Below, in pieces: positions 1-8,632 of a stretch of DNA of 64,000 bases. The stretch lies in NCBI GenBank assembly GCA_963664705.1, contig OY761556.1, positions 6,560,001 to 6,624,000 of the forward strand. Direction: 5' to 3'. The notes under the pieces were generated by a model that saw only the letters and a program-made list of their open reading frames with translations, made no database searches and was not told the DNA's origin. Within the stretch, counting starts at the first letter, position 1; the number at the start of each line of letters is the position of its first letter. The position numbers and the translations under genes are program-made. The DNA is from Acidobacteriota bacterium (GTDB lineage Bacteria > Acidobacteriota > UBA6911).

Positions 1-590
1 GCCGGCTTCGGACCTTTGTATTGAGGAACGTCGCGAAATCCGCCGACCAGCACTTTCTCGACGCTTGCGGCGGCAATCCTGTATCCGGAGGCAGCGAGCG
101 GTTCATCCAGGCTGGCGGTAATTTCCCTTCTCGAAAGTATGTTTTTTACATACCTGTTGATATCCATGGATACCGGTTTCCCGCGTCTCCGGTCCCACAT
201 CCGGTCCCGGTAGGCGTTGGCGGCCAGATACTCGCTCAGCCATGGGTATTCGATGAGGCGGCCAATGAATATCGACGTATAGGTGCCGTTCAGCTTTGGA
301 GGATCGGCAGGTTCAAAGGCCTTTTTCAGGATGGACTGCATTTCCTCCTTCGAACAATGGCATGCGGAATCTTCCGGCTGGATCCTGAGCCGCAATGTGT
401 GGGATTCATCATCGGCCTCGACGCGGAAGCTGCATTGGCCCGATTCCACCGACAGGATAAGCCGCTCCTGGTGGGCGGCGAATGCAGGCCAGGATTGGAA
501 GAACAGGAAAATCGGAATACAAAGGAGCAGAAGCATAACGGCAATGAGCCTTTCCCGGGTGCGGGAAATCCAATCCGTTTCGATTTGCAT
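1..590 (-). CDS. Exported hypothetical protein (3' end runs off the window)
   Basis: Not in the ORF track. Manual minus-strand translation from ATG at 590 gives MQIETDWISRTRERLIAVMLLLLCIPIFLFFQSWPAFAAHQERL..., open to the window edge, with a signal-peptide-like N-terminus (AFA/A). Confidence 0.7.
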   Translation of the reverse strand, partial: MQIETDWISRTRERLIAVMLLLLCIPIFLFFQSWPAFAAHQERLILSVESGQCSFRVEADDESHTLRLRIQPEDSACHCSKEEMQSILKKAFEPADPPKLNGTYTSIFIGRLIEYPWLSEYLAANAYRDRMWDRRRGKPVSMDINRYVKNILSRREITASLDEPLAASGYRIAAASVEKVLVGGFRDVPQYKGPKP

Positions 591-695
591 GCCAGGATTG
601 TTGGGCAGGCTTGTGTAACTGTCAAGCTTTCGGTTTTGAATCGCGTATAATAGCGGCAACGTGATGCCATCCACCAACATTTAGGGAAGGCGCGA

Positions 696-1958
696 GTGTC
701 TGTAGAACAGGAGGGAACGGATATGGATGAATACGGGCAAATGACGCGGCGGTCCTTTGTTCAAATGAGCGGCGCGACGGTAGCGGCGCTCGGCATTTCA
801 TCGACAGGGCCTGCGAATATTGCGGAGGATCCTCAATTGAAAGAGGCGATCGCCGGACTGAATTATCTGACGCCTGTCGAACGTGCATTCATCCTGGACA
901 AAGGGAAAGCGGGGGTCGCGAAACTTCCGCCGGAGAAGATTCGGGAGATCGGCCAGGATCCGGAAACGTGGTCATTGGAAGTTATGCCTGATCCGGCCGG
1001 CAACTGCGTTGTGGAGCGGGCCTTTTCCCGCGAATCGGGAACGGCGCTGAACTGGAGCGCGCTGATGAAGCTGGCGGAGAAGCATGCCGTCCGGTTCCTG
1101 CATGTCTGCACGTGCACGAACGGCAGCGATCCTTTTCATGTGAGCCTGTGGGAAGGGATCCCCTTGCGGGAGATAGTGTGGCTGGCCGGGCCCAAAGAGA
1201 ATGTTCGCCGGGTCTCGTATGAGAGCTATCACAACGAAAACCCGACGTTTAAAAGCTCTCTATCGATGGGGCAGGTGCTGGAAACGCCGCCGGGGGTAAT
1301 GCCTGCCGTCCTTGCGTACAAAATGAATGGTCAGATTATCCCCGCCTCGCACGGCGGGCCGGTGCGGATGATCGTGCCCGGGGCATACGGCAGCAAGTCC
1401 ATCAAATGGCTCCGGCGCATTGTTTTGACCGGCGAATTCAAGGCCGCCGAAACCGATGCCGAACCTCCCTTCAACAATGATCCGGAGAATGCGCTGAAAA
1501 CGCGCGCCAGGTTTATCCATGCTCCCAAGGAAGTCTTCTCGGGAAAACCGGTTGCGATAACAGGGATGGCGCAGATCGGCATATCCGGCCTGGACAGGGT
1601 TCAGTATTGCGTGCGATCCCAAAAGGACGGATGGCCGGCCGATGATCCTTACCGATCCAGGGCGGACTGGAAGGATGCCTCGATACTGCCGCCACCGGCC
1701 GATTGGGGCGGCGGGCTCCCGGAAGGGAAACTGCCACCGACGAATCAGACGGATCCCGTGACAGGCAAGCCGCTCCAGTGGCCTCTGCCGTATACGATCG
1801 TGCATTGGGCTGCCCTGATTCCCGGGCTGGCTGCCGGCACCTACGATCTATGCTGCCGCACCATTGACAAAAACGGCATCGCCCAGCCGCTGCCTCGAAC
1901 GTTGCCGAAAACGGGATTTAACGAAATTCATACCGTGATTCTCACCGTGAAACCTTGA
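696..1958 (+). CDS. Tat-exported molybdopterin-dependent oxidoreductase, sulfite oxidase/MsrP family
   Basis: Twin-arginine motif MTRRSFV; Mo-ligand Cys region HVCTCTNG; LAYKMNG..HGGPVRMIVPGAYGSKSIKWL motif; C-terminal Ig-like dimerisation domain. True start probably 723 or 741. Confidence 0.85.
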   Translation: MSVEQEGTDMDEYGQMTRRSFVQMSGATVAALGISSTGPANIAEDPQLKEAIAGLNYLTPVERAFILDKGKAGVAKLPPEKIREIGQDPETWSLEVMPDPAGNCVVERAFSRESGTALNWSALMKLAEKHAVRFLHVCTCTNGSDPFHVSLWEGIPLREIVWLAGPKENVRRVSYESYHNENPTFKSSLSMGQVLETPPGVMPAVLAYKMNGQIIPASHGGPVRMIVPGAYGSKSIKWLRRIVLTGEFKAAETDAEPPFNNDPENALKTRARFIHAPKEVFSGKPVAITGMAQIGISGLDRVQYCVRSQKDGWPADDPYRSRADWKDASILPPPADWGGGLPEGKLPPTNQTDPVTGKPLQWPLPYTIVHWAALIPGLAAGTYDLCCRTIDKNGIAQPLPRTLPKTGFNEIHTVILTVKP

Positions 1959-2129
1959 GGCAAAGAGCATTTTTCGGCCCGGGGCTGTGGCAAAAAGTAA
2001 ACGGGGGGACGTCCCCGATTTCGTTTTACTCTGAGTTGAGAATCCAGCAGAATAGCCTTCAAAACAATAGGTTCGGCGGCTTAGACGACCTGTATAGAGT
2101 CATCATCCAACTCGATTCAAGTAGGACCA

Positions 2130-5100
2130 ATGGACAATAACCTGATTGAAAGAGAATCCCCTCCGCGGTGGTTGATCGGTATCGTTGTGGGCGTTTTCCT
2201 GATTGTGGCAATCGGCGGTTCGCTGTTTTATCTCCAGCAGCGCGATCGAATGCGCCACCAGGTGGAAGATCAGCTTTTGACGCTTGCCCGCCTGAAAGCA
2301 AGTGAAATTGCTCAGTGGCGGGCGGCGCGTATGCACGATGCATCTGTGCTTGCGGGCGATCCATTTTTCGTCGAGACCGCCTATTCGTGGATTCAGAATC
2401 CGGATCCGAAAATCAGCCGGAAGATACTCGAGCACTTTCGCACGATCAAGTCTGAATATGGTTACTGGAATGTGCTCCTGACAGCCCCGGACGGGAGGAA
2501 CCTGCTGATCCTTGAAGGGCCGCCCGGCACGGCGCTTGGCGAAAGCGCCGCCGCATCTCTGGGAGAGGCTTTGCGCAGCAAACGCGTAGTGATGACGGAT
2601 CTGATCCCCAGCGAAGGGGTGCTCCCCGTGCGGCTGGATACGATTGCGCCTCTCACTTTGCGCTCTCCTTCCGGCGACGTTCCGTTCGGCGCGCTGGTCC
2701 TTGTCAGTAATGTCCAGGATTTTCTGTACCCGGTTATCCAGTCATGGCCGGTTCCTTCGGCAAGCTCCGAAAGCCTGGTTGTCCAGCGCGATGGCGACTC
2801 TGTTTTGTTTTTGAATGAGCTGCGTCATCGAAAGGGCACCGCGCTGAAGTTGAGGATACCGCTAAAACAGACCGATGTTGCCGCCGTGAAGGCGGTTTTG
2901 GGGCAGGAGGGGATTGTAGAGGGCCTTGATTACCGCGGCGTCAAAGTCATTGCCGCTCTTCAGCCGGTGGCGGGTCCCGGCTGGTTCCTCATCTCCAAGG
3001 TGGATGAATCGGAAGCCATGGCTACATGGCGTTTTCGATCCCTGCTCATTATCGGATTTAGCATTGCTCTCCTGATTGCTACGGCTGCCATTGTGCTGGC
3101 CGTGTGGCAGCGCCTCATGAAAGCCAGCTACCAGCTTCATCTGAAAACCGAGAAGGCGCGACAGGAGGCGGAACAGAGATATGGGACCACGCTGATGTGC
3201 ATCGGCGACGGAGTCATTGTGGCCGACCCGCTGGGGCTTGTGACCATGATGAATCCGGTAGCGGAAGGGCTTACGGGTTGGGTGCAGTCCGATGCGCAGG
3301 GGAAATCCATCGAGACTGTCTTTTCTATCTGCAATGAATATACCCGGAAGGTGGTGGATAACCCCATCCGGAAAGTCCTCGAGTGTGGCCGCACGGTAGG
3401 CCTGGCCAATCACACCATCCTGATATCCAAATCCGGTGTCGAGTATCCGATCATGGATAGCAGCGCCCCGGTCCGGGAAGCGAATGGCGACCTCATCGGA
3501 ATCGTACTGGTTTTCCGGGATCAAACCGAGGAACGCAAGGCTCAAAAGTTGCTGCAGATCGAGCACGACAACCTCAAAGCGATCTTGCGCGCTTCTCCGG
3601 TAGGGCTCCTGGTTTTTGACGAATCGGCCCGCATAACCACGGCCAGCCCCGATGCGGAGCACCTGTTCCATAAAGATCTGAGGTCGGGAGAAAATCCGCG
3701 GTGTGGCGAGTTTTTGGGCTGCTGCAATCACTTCAACTATGAGGAAGGCTGTGGAACTTCCGAGCCCTGTGCCAACTGCCTGATCAATCGTGCAATTCAG
3801 GAGGCATTGCAGGAAGGGAAGGGAGTTCACAATCAGGATTGTGTATTTGAAAAGCAGGTCGGTGAAAACAAAGAAACTCTGTTTCTGTCATTTGGGGCAG
3901 AACCGGTTGTTCTTGATGGCCGACGCCACGTCGTCGTTGCGATTCAGGATATCTCTCCGCGGCGCCAGATGGAAATTCAATTGCAGAAGAATCACGACCT
4001 GATGAACGAAGTTGGCGAAACGGCGAAAATCGGAGGATGGGAGCTGGATCCGGTTACGAGGATCGGGACCTGGACTCAGACGATGTACGATATCTTCGAG
4101 CTTCCCAAGGGACAAAAACCGGGCGTTCATGATGCGCTGTCTTTTTACCATCCGGAAGACAGGCCAAGGATTTCCGCTGCGATCAACGATGCGATATATG
4201 AAGGCAAACCTTACGATATGGAGCTCCGGTTTATCACTGCGAAGGGGAGACAGTCGTGGGTTCGATCTCAATGCAAAACCTTTTTCGAAAACGGGAAGCC
4301 CGCGCGGCTGGTTGGGATTTTGCAGGATATAACGAGCCAAAAGCAGGCTGCCCTGGAGCTGAAGGAAAAAACGGAAGAGATTGAACGCTATTTTTCCACC
4401 GCCCTCGATTTGTTCTGTATTGCGGATTGCGACGGCAGATTCAAACGCCTCAATCACGAATGGTCCAAACTCCTCGGGTATCGCCTGGAGGAAATGGAAG
4501 GCCGCTCCCTGCTGGAGTTCGTGCATCCGAATGATGTGGCGGCAACCAGGCAGGCGCTATCCGATCTGAATCAACGAAAAACCGTTCTTAATTTCGTGAA
4601 CAGATGTGCGGCGTCCAATGGATCGTGGCGCTGGCTCGAGTGGAGAGCTTCTCTGAGTGGCGGCGATATTTATGCGGCCGCCAGGAATATTACGGATCGG
4701 ATTCTTGCGGAACAACAGAATGAGAAACTTGCCCAGCAGTTGCAGCAGGCCATGAAAATGGAAGCGGTCGGGCGCCTGGCCGGCGGTGTGGCGCACGATT
4801 TCAATAATCTATTGACGGGCATTGGCGGCTATACGGATTTAATCATCTCCAATCTGGATGATGGCGATCCCCTTCTGCCCGACCTGAATGAAATCAGGAA
4901 AGCCACCGACAGTGCGGCGGCTCTTACCCGGCAGTTGCTGGCATTTTCACGCAAACAACTGATCGAGCCCAAGGTGTTGAGCTTGAATCAACTGGTATCC
5001 GGTCTTCAGAAGATGCTGCTGCGGTTGATTGGGGAGGATATCGAATTGCGGACCACGTTGAAGGAGGATTTGACCTCAGTCCTGGTTGACCCGGGGCAAT

Positions 5101-5876
5101 TTGAGCAGATTCTCGTCAATCTGGCGGTGAATGCCCGCGATGCCATGCCGAACGGCGGAAAGCTGATTATTGAGACAGCCAATGTCGCGCTGGATAACGA
5201 GTACTGTTCGATTCACCCGGATGCCAAGCCTGGACGTCACGTGATGCTGTCCGTTTCCGACACCGGATGCGGCATGAGCGAAGAGGTCAAAGCGCACGTT
5301 TTCGAGCCTTTCTTTACCACAAAACAGAAGGGGCGGGGGACGGGATTGGGATTGGCGACCATTTACGGTGTCGTCAAACAATCGGGCGGCAGTATCGAAG
5401 TGTATTCGGAGCTTGAAAAGGGGACGATATTCAGGATCTATCTGCCGGCAGTCGATGAAGTTCCGCAGCATCTCAATATCGAGAAATCCAAGGACGCATC
5501 CATGCCAAAGGGAGATGAAACGATCCTGCTGGTGGAAGACGAGAAGATCGTGCGGGATCTTGCGGCCAAGCTGCTGAAACGCCTGAATTACAATGTCCTG
5601 TATGCCTCGAACGGAGAGGAAGCGCTCGAAATCGCACGGAATCATGAAGGGGTGATTGACCTGATGATTACCGATGTGGTCATGCCCGGAATGAATGGCC
5701 GTGAGCTGGCCGATCATTTGCTGCAGGTCAGGCCCGAAATCAAAGTCCTGTTCTGCTCCGGGTATACGGAGAATGCCATTGCCCACCATGGAATCATTGA
5801 TAGAGGGCTGAATTTTATAGGGAAGCCATATTCTTCGAACGATCTGGCGAAGAAAATACGTCAGCTGCTGGAATAG
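2130..5876 (+). CDS. Membrane hybrid sensor histidine kinase (Cache-like periplasmic domain, multiple PAS, HisKA, HATPase, REC)
   Basis: Two TM segments, PAS/PAC motifs, H-box [26 protein letters not shown]-terminal REC (LLVEDE..TDVVMPGMNG). Confidence 0.95.
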   Translation: MDNNLIERESPPRWLIGIVVGVFLIVAIGGSLFYLQQRDRMRHQVEDQLLTLARLKASEIAQWRAARMHDASVLAGDPFFVETAYSWIQNPDPKISRKILEHFRTIKSEYGYWNVLLTAPDGRNLLILEGPPGTALGESAAASLGEALRSKRVVMTDLIPSEGVLPVRLDTIAPLTLRSPSGDVPFGALVLVSNVQDFLYPVIQSWPVPSASSESLVVQRDGDSVLFLNELRHRKGTALKLRIPLKQTDVAAVKAVLGQEGIVEGLDYRGVKVIAALQPVAGPGWFLISKVDESEAMATWRFRSLLIIGFSIALLIATAAIVLAVWQRLMKASYQLHLKTEKARQEAEQRYGTTLMCIGDGVIVADPLGLVTMMNPVAEGLTGWVQSDAQGKSIETVFSICNEYTRKVVDNPIRKVLECGRTVGLANHTILISKSGVEYPIMDSSAPVREANGDLIGIVLVFRDQTEERKAQKLLQIEHDNLKAILRASPVGLLVFDESARITTASPDAEHLFHKDLRSGENPRCGEFLGCCNHFNYEEGCGTSEPCANCLINRAIQEALQEGKGVHNQDCVFEKQVGENKETLFLSFGAEPVVLDGRRHVVVAIQDISPRRQMEIQLQKNHDLMNEVGETAKIGGWELDPVTRIGTWTQTMYDIFELPKGQKPGVHDALSFYHPEDRPRISAAINDAIYEGKPYDMELRFITAKGRQSWVRSQCKTFFENGKPARLVGILQDITSQKQAALELKEKTEEIERYFSTALDLFCIADCDGRFKRLNHEWSKLLGYRLEEMEGRSLLEFVHPNDVAATRQALSDLNQRKTVLNFVNRCAASNGSWRWLEWRASLSGGDIYAAARNITDRILAEQQNEKLAQQLQQAMKMEAVGRLAGGVAHDFNNLLTGIGGYTDLIISNLDDGDPLLPDLNEIRKATDSAAALTRQLLAFSRKQLIEPKVLSLNQLVSGLQKMLLRLIGEDIELRTTLKEDLTSVLVDPGQFEQILVNLAVNARDAMPNGGKLIIETANVALDNEYCSIHPDAKPGRHVMLSVSDTGCGMSEEVKAHVFEPFFTTKQKGRGTGLGLATIYGVVKQSGGSIEVYSELEKGTIFRIYLPAVDEVPQHLNIEKSKDASMPKGDETILLVEDEKIVRDLAAKLLKRLNYNVLYASNGEEALEIARNHEGVIDLMITDVVMPGMNGRELADHLLQVRPEIKVLFCSGYTENAIAHHGIIDRGLNFIGKPYSSNDLAKKIRQLLE

Positions 5877-5914
5877 GATTTTGCATTCGGTTATGTTCGC
5901 GGCAATGCTGCCTT

Positions 5915-5989
5915 CGGAGGGCGGTGGCTTGCCACCGCCTTCTGCTGACATGGTTTTCAAAGGCGGCAGCAAGCGGCCGCACTCCAAGG
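5915..5989. repeat. REP-like palindrome pair (GGAG(T/G)GCGG..CTTGC..CCGC type)
   Basis: ggagggcggtggcttgccaccgcctt and an inverted copy aaaggcggcagcaagcggccgcactcc between convergent genes. Confidence 0.6.
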
Positions 5990-6005
5990 TTCAGTGGCAA
6001 GCACA

Positions 6006-6098
6006 GCGCCGAAGGCGCGCCAGAAAGTAGCCCGGGGTGAGCGCAGCGAACCCCTGGAAAAAGATCAGGAAAGACGGAGCCCCGGCAGAGGCGAAAGT
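6006..6098 (+). repeat. ~90-bp three-hairpin REP/MITE-like element (family A)
   Basis: gcgccgaaggcgc ... ggggtgagcgcagcgaacccctgg ... agccccggcagaggcgaaag; homologous copies at ~15676-15771, ~15900-15988 and ~29744-29835. Confidence 0.75.
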
Positions 6099-6150
6099 AT
6101 TGTTCGCCCAAAACAAGAGTTGTTCATTGCGGAACACTTCGGGAAGAACT

Positions 6151-6248
6151 ATTCTCCATCGGGCCTCCGGCCCTCACTACCCAATCCGAAGACTGAATTA
6201 GTCAGCATATTTCGGATCGTGCGATGACTGGATCCGTTATTTGTCAGC
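6151..6248. repeat. 98-bp dispersed direct repeat, copy 1 (copy 2 at 15747-15844)
   Basis: Ungapped manual alignment to 15747-15844, about 78/98 identical. Confidence 0.8.
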
Positions 6249-6256
6249 GAAGCCGG

Positions 6257-8230
6257 TCAAGGCAGCTTCGAAGGTCTCTCCTGCCGCTTTTCCATAACAC
6301 GGCGGATTGCCAGTCCAACGCTTCCAGGCTGAATGGGTTTTTGAACGAATTCCCAGACTCCGGACAGTTTGCCCTGGACCTCTCTTGCTGATTTGGCAAA
6401 CCCGCTGCAAAGGACGAGTGGAATGTCCGGGCGAATGGCATAGATGCGGTCGGCCAATTCTGTCCCAGTCATTTTGGGCATCGTCAAATCGGTCACCACG
6501 ACATCAAAATCATCGGCGTGGGATTGAAAATGCTCGATGGCTTCCAAAGGATTTGAGAAAGCCATTACCCGATAGCCGAACTTTTCCAGACCATTCCGAT
6601 TGATTTCAGCGATGTCCGTTTCATCATCCACAAACAGGACCCGTTCAGTGCCCAGGGGTTTTGCAGGCTCGATCTCATCAAACCCTTCCGAATCGGAGCG
6701 AAGGCAAATCGGGAAGAACAGCTCAAATCTGGTCCCTTTGCCCAATTCGCTGGATACATCGATCGTGCCTCCATGTTGTTCAATAATGCTGTCGACAATG
6801 GCCAGGCCCAACCCCGTTCCTTCCCCGGACGCTTTGGTGGTGAAATACGGTTCGAATATTCTCTGCAGGGTTGTGGCGCTCATGCCGATTCCATCGTCCT
6901 TCACGGTGATTACCGCGTGTTTCCCCGGCATCAGACGCGGGTGGGCGGATATCATGGCGGGGGACAGATCTCTTTCCTCCAGCGAAATCTCAATAACGCC
7001 GCCGGTGTCCCGCAATGCGTGGTAGGCATTCGTGGAAAGGTTCATAAGCACCTGGTGAACCTGTGTGGCATCGGCCAGCACCAGGCCGCAGGGGGAGTCA
7101 AGCCTGCAATTGAGCTCGATCGTGGCGGGGATCGAAGCTCTCAGCAGATTGACCGCTTCCTGAATGAGCGGCTGCAGGCGGATGGGGCGCTTCTCTCCCT
7201 CCGTCTGGCGGCTGAAGGTGAGGATTTGTTTGACCAGGTTCTTCGCCCGGGTACAGGCTTTCAATATTCCGCCAATCTCGCTTCGGATGTCCTCGTTGTC
7301 CTCAGGGGCATCTTCCTGAATCAACTGGGCAAATCCAATGATGACGCTCAGGATGTTGTTGAAGTCGTGCGCAATGCCTCCGGCCAGTGTCCCGATGGCC
7401 TGCATTTTTTGAGCGTGGCGCAGCTGTTCTTCCAGTTGAATTTCCTGCGTGATGTCTCGTTTTACCGAGACGAATTGCACGATCTCTCCTTCCGAATTGC
7501 GTATCGGATAAACGGCCGCCTGGTCATGGTAAAGAGATCCATCCTTGCGCCTGTTGGTAATGCGGCCGCTCCAGGTTGAGCCGCTGGAGATCCGGTCCCA
7601 CATGTTCCTGTAAAAGAAGGCATCGTGTTTACCGCTTTTCAGGATACGAGGGTTCTGGCCGATGACTTCCGCAAGGGTGTAGCCGGTGACGCGCTCGAAG
7701 GCGGCGTTTGCGTACTGGATGATGCCCCGCTTATCCGTGATGACAACAACTTCGTTCACATGTTCAATTGCGCGGCTCAACTGTTTCAGCGCTACGGTTC
7801 GTTTTTCGACCAGGGCTTCCAGATGCTCCCGGTATCGCTGGTTTTCCTGTTTAAGCCTCTTGCGCTCCAAAACTTTTTCAATGGAATAGACCACCATCGA
7901 CAGGTCGGAAATCGGCTTCATCAGATAATCGGCGGCGCCCAGGTGCAGCGCGCGAACGGTATCCTGAATCCGGCCAGTACCGGAAATAACGATGAATGGG
8001 AGATCCGGGTGATCTTTGCCCTCCGAGGCGAGGACTTCAAAACCGCTTGCCTGGGGCATGCTCAGGTCCAGGAGTACGATGTCGGGGATATTGCTGTGGA
8101 TGAGCTTGAGACCCTCCTTGCCATTTTCTGCTGTCTGCACCTGGAAATTGCGGTCTTCCAGGTAAGCTTCGAGGCTCTCGCGAATAGATGGGTCATCGTC
8201 AATAATCAGGACACTCGGGTTTGGTTCCAT
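6257..8230 (-). CDS. Cytoplasmic hybrid histidine kinase (REC-PAS-HisKA-HATPase-REC)
   Basis: N-terminal REC (IIDDD..LLDLSMP), NifL-like PAS (NPRILKSG), GGIAHDFNN, C-terminal REC. Confidence 0.95.
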   Translation of the reverse strand: MEPNPSVLIIDDDPSIRESLEAYLEDRNFQVQTAENGKEGLKLIHSNIPDIVLLDLSMPQASGFEVLASEGKDHPDLPFIVISGTGRIQDTVRALHLGAADYLMKPISDLSMVVYSIEKVLERKRLKQENQRYREHLEALVEKRTVALKQLSRAIEHVNEVVVITDKRGIIQYANAAFERVTGYTLAEVIGQNPRILKSGKHDAFFYRNMWDRISSGSTWSGRITNRRKDGSLYHDQAAVYPIRNSEGEIVQFVSVKRDITQEIQLEEQLRHAQKMQAIGTLAGGIAHDFNNILSVIIGFAQLIQEDAPEDNEDIRSEIGGILKACTRAKNLVKQILTFSRQTEGEKRPIRLQPLIQEAVNLLRASIPATIELNCRLDSPCGLVLADATQVHQVLMNLSTNAYHALRDTGGVIEISLEERDLSPAMISAHPRLMPGKHAVITVKDDGIGMSATTLQRIFEPYFTTKASGEGTGLGLAIVDSIIEQHGGTIDVSSELGKGTRFELFFPICLRSDSEGFDEIEPAKPLGTERVLFVDDETDIAEINRNGLEKFGYRVMAFSNPLEAIEHFQSHADDFDVVVTDLTMPKMTGTELADRIYAIRPDIPLVLCSGFAKSAREVQGKLSGVWEFVQKPIQPGSVGLAIRRVMEKRQERPSKLP

Positions 8231-8239
8231 GGTGGTCCC

Positions 8240-8632
8240 TCACGAGGTTTGGGTCGTTTCCAGGAGTAGTTTCAGTGCCGCTTCCATCTCGTCAATTTTC
8301 AAGAGAGGTTTGTGAAATACCCTTTTGTTCACGGTCGGGCAAGTCAGTAAATCCGGGGGCAACCTGTAGTCCAGGGATCCCGTAAAAACCAGGAAGATCA
8401 GATCCGGCATCACGCTCATGGCCTGCCGGATAAACATGTCTCCGGTCATTCCCTTCATTCGAATGTCGACGACAGCGGCATGCACCATGCATTGATGAAG
8501 CTGTTCCAGTGCTTCTTCGCCGTTGGTGCAGGAGAGAACCTTCCACCCGCGGTCCTCAAACAGGGCTGAAAGGCTCAAACGGATGGAGTCGTCATCATCA
8601 AGCACCAGCAGCACGGGGTCGGTGGCATTCAT
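8240..8632 (-). CDS. Single-domain response regulator (CheY-like REC)
   Basis: LVLDDD, VVDIRMKGMTG, HKP; start overlaps the upstream kinase stop (ATGA). Confidence 0.9.
   Translation of the reverse strand: MNATDPVLLVLDDDDSIRLSLSALFEDRGWKVLSCTNGEEALEQLHQCMVHAAVVDIRMKGMTGDMFIRQAMSVMPDLIFLVFTGSLDYRLPPDLLTCPTVNKRVFHKPLLKIDEMEAALKLLLETTQTS

Noticed and set aside
21-650. 209-aa plus-strand ORF
   Set aside because: The minus-strand frame from ATG 590 has a signal peptide and looks like the real gene.
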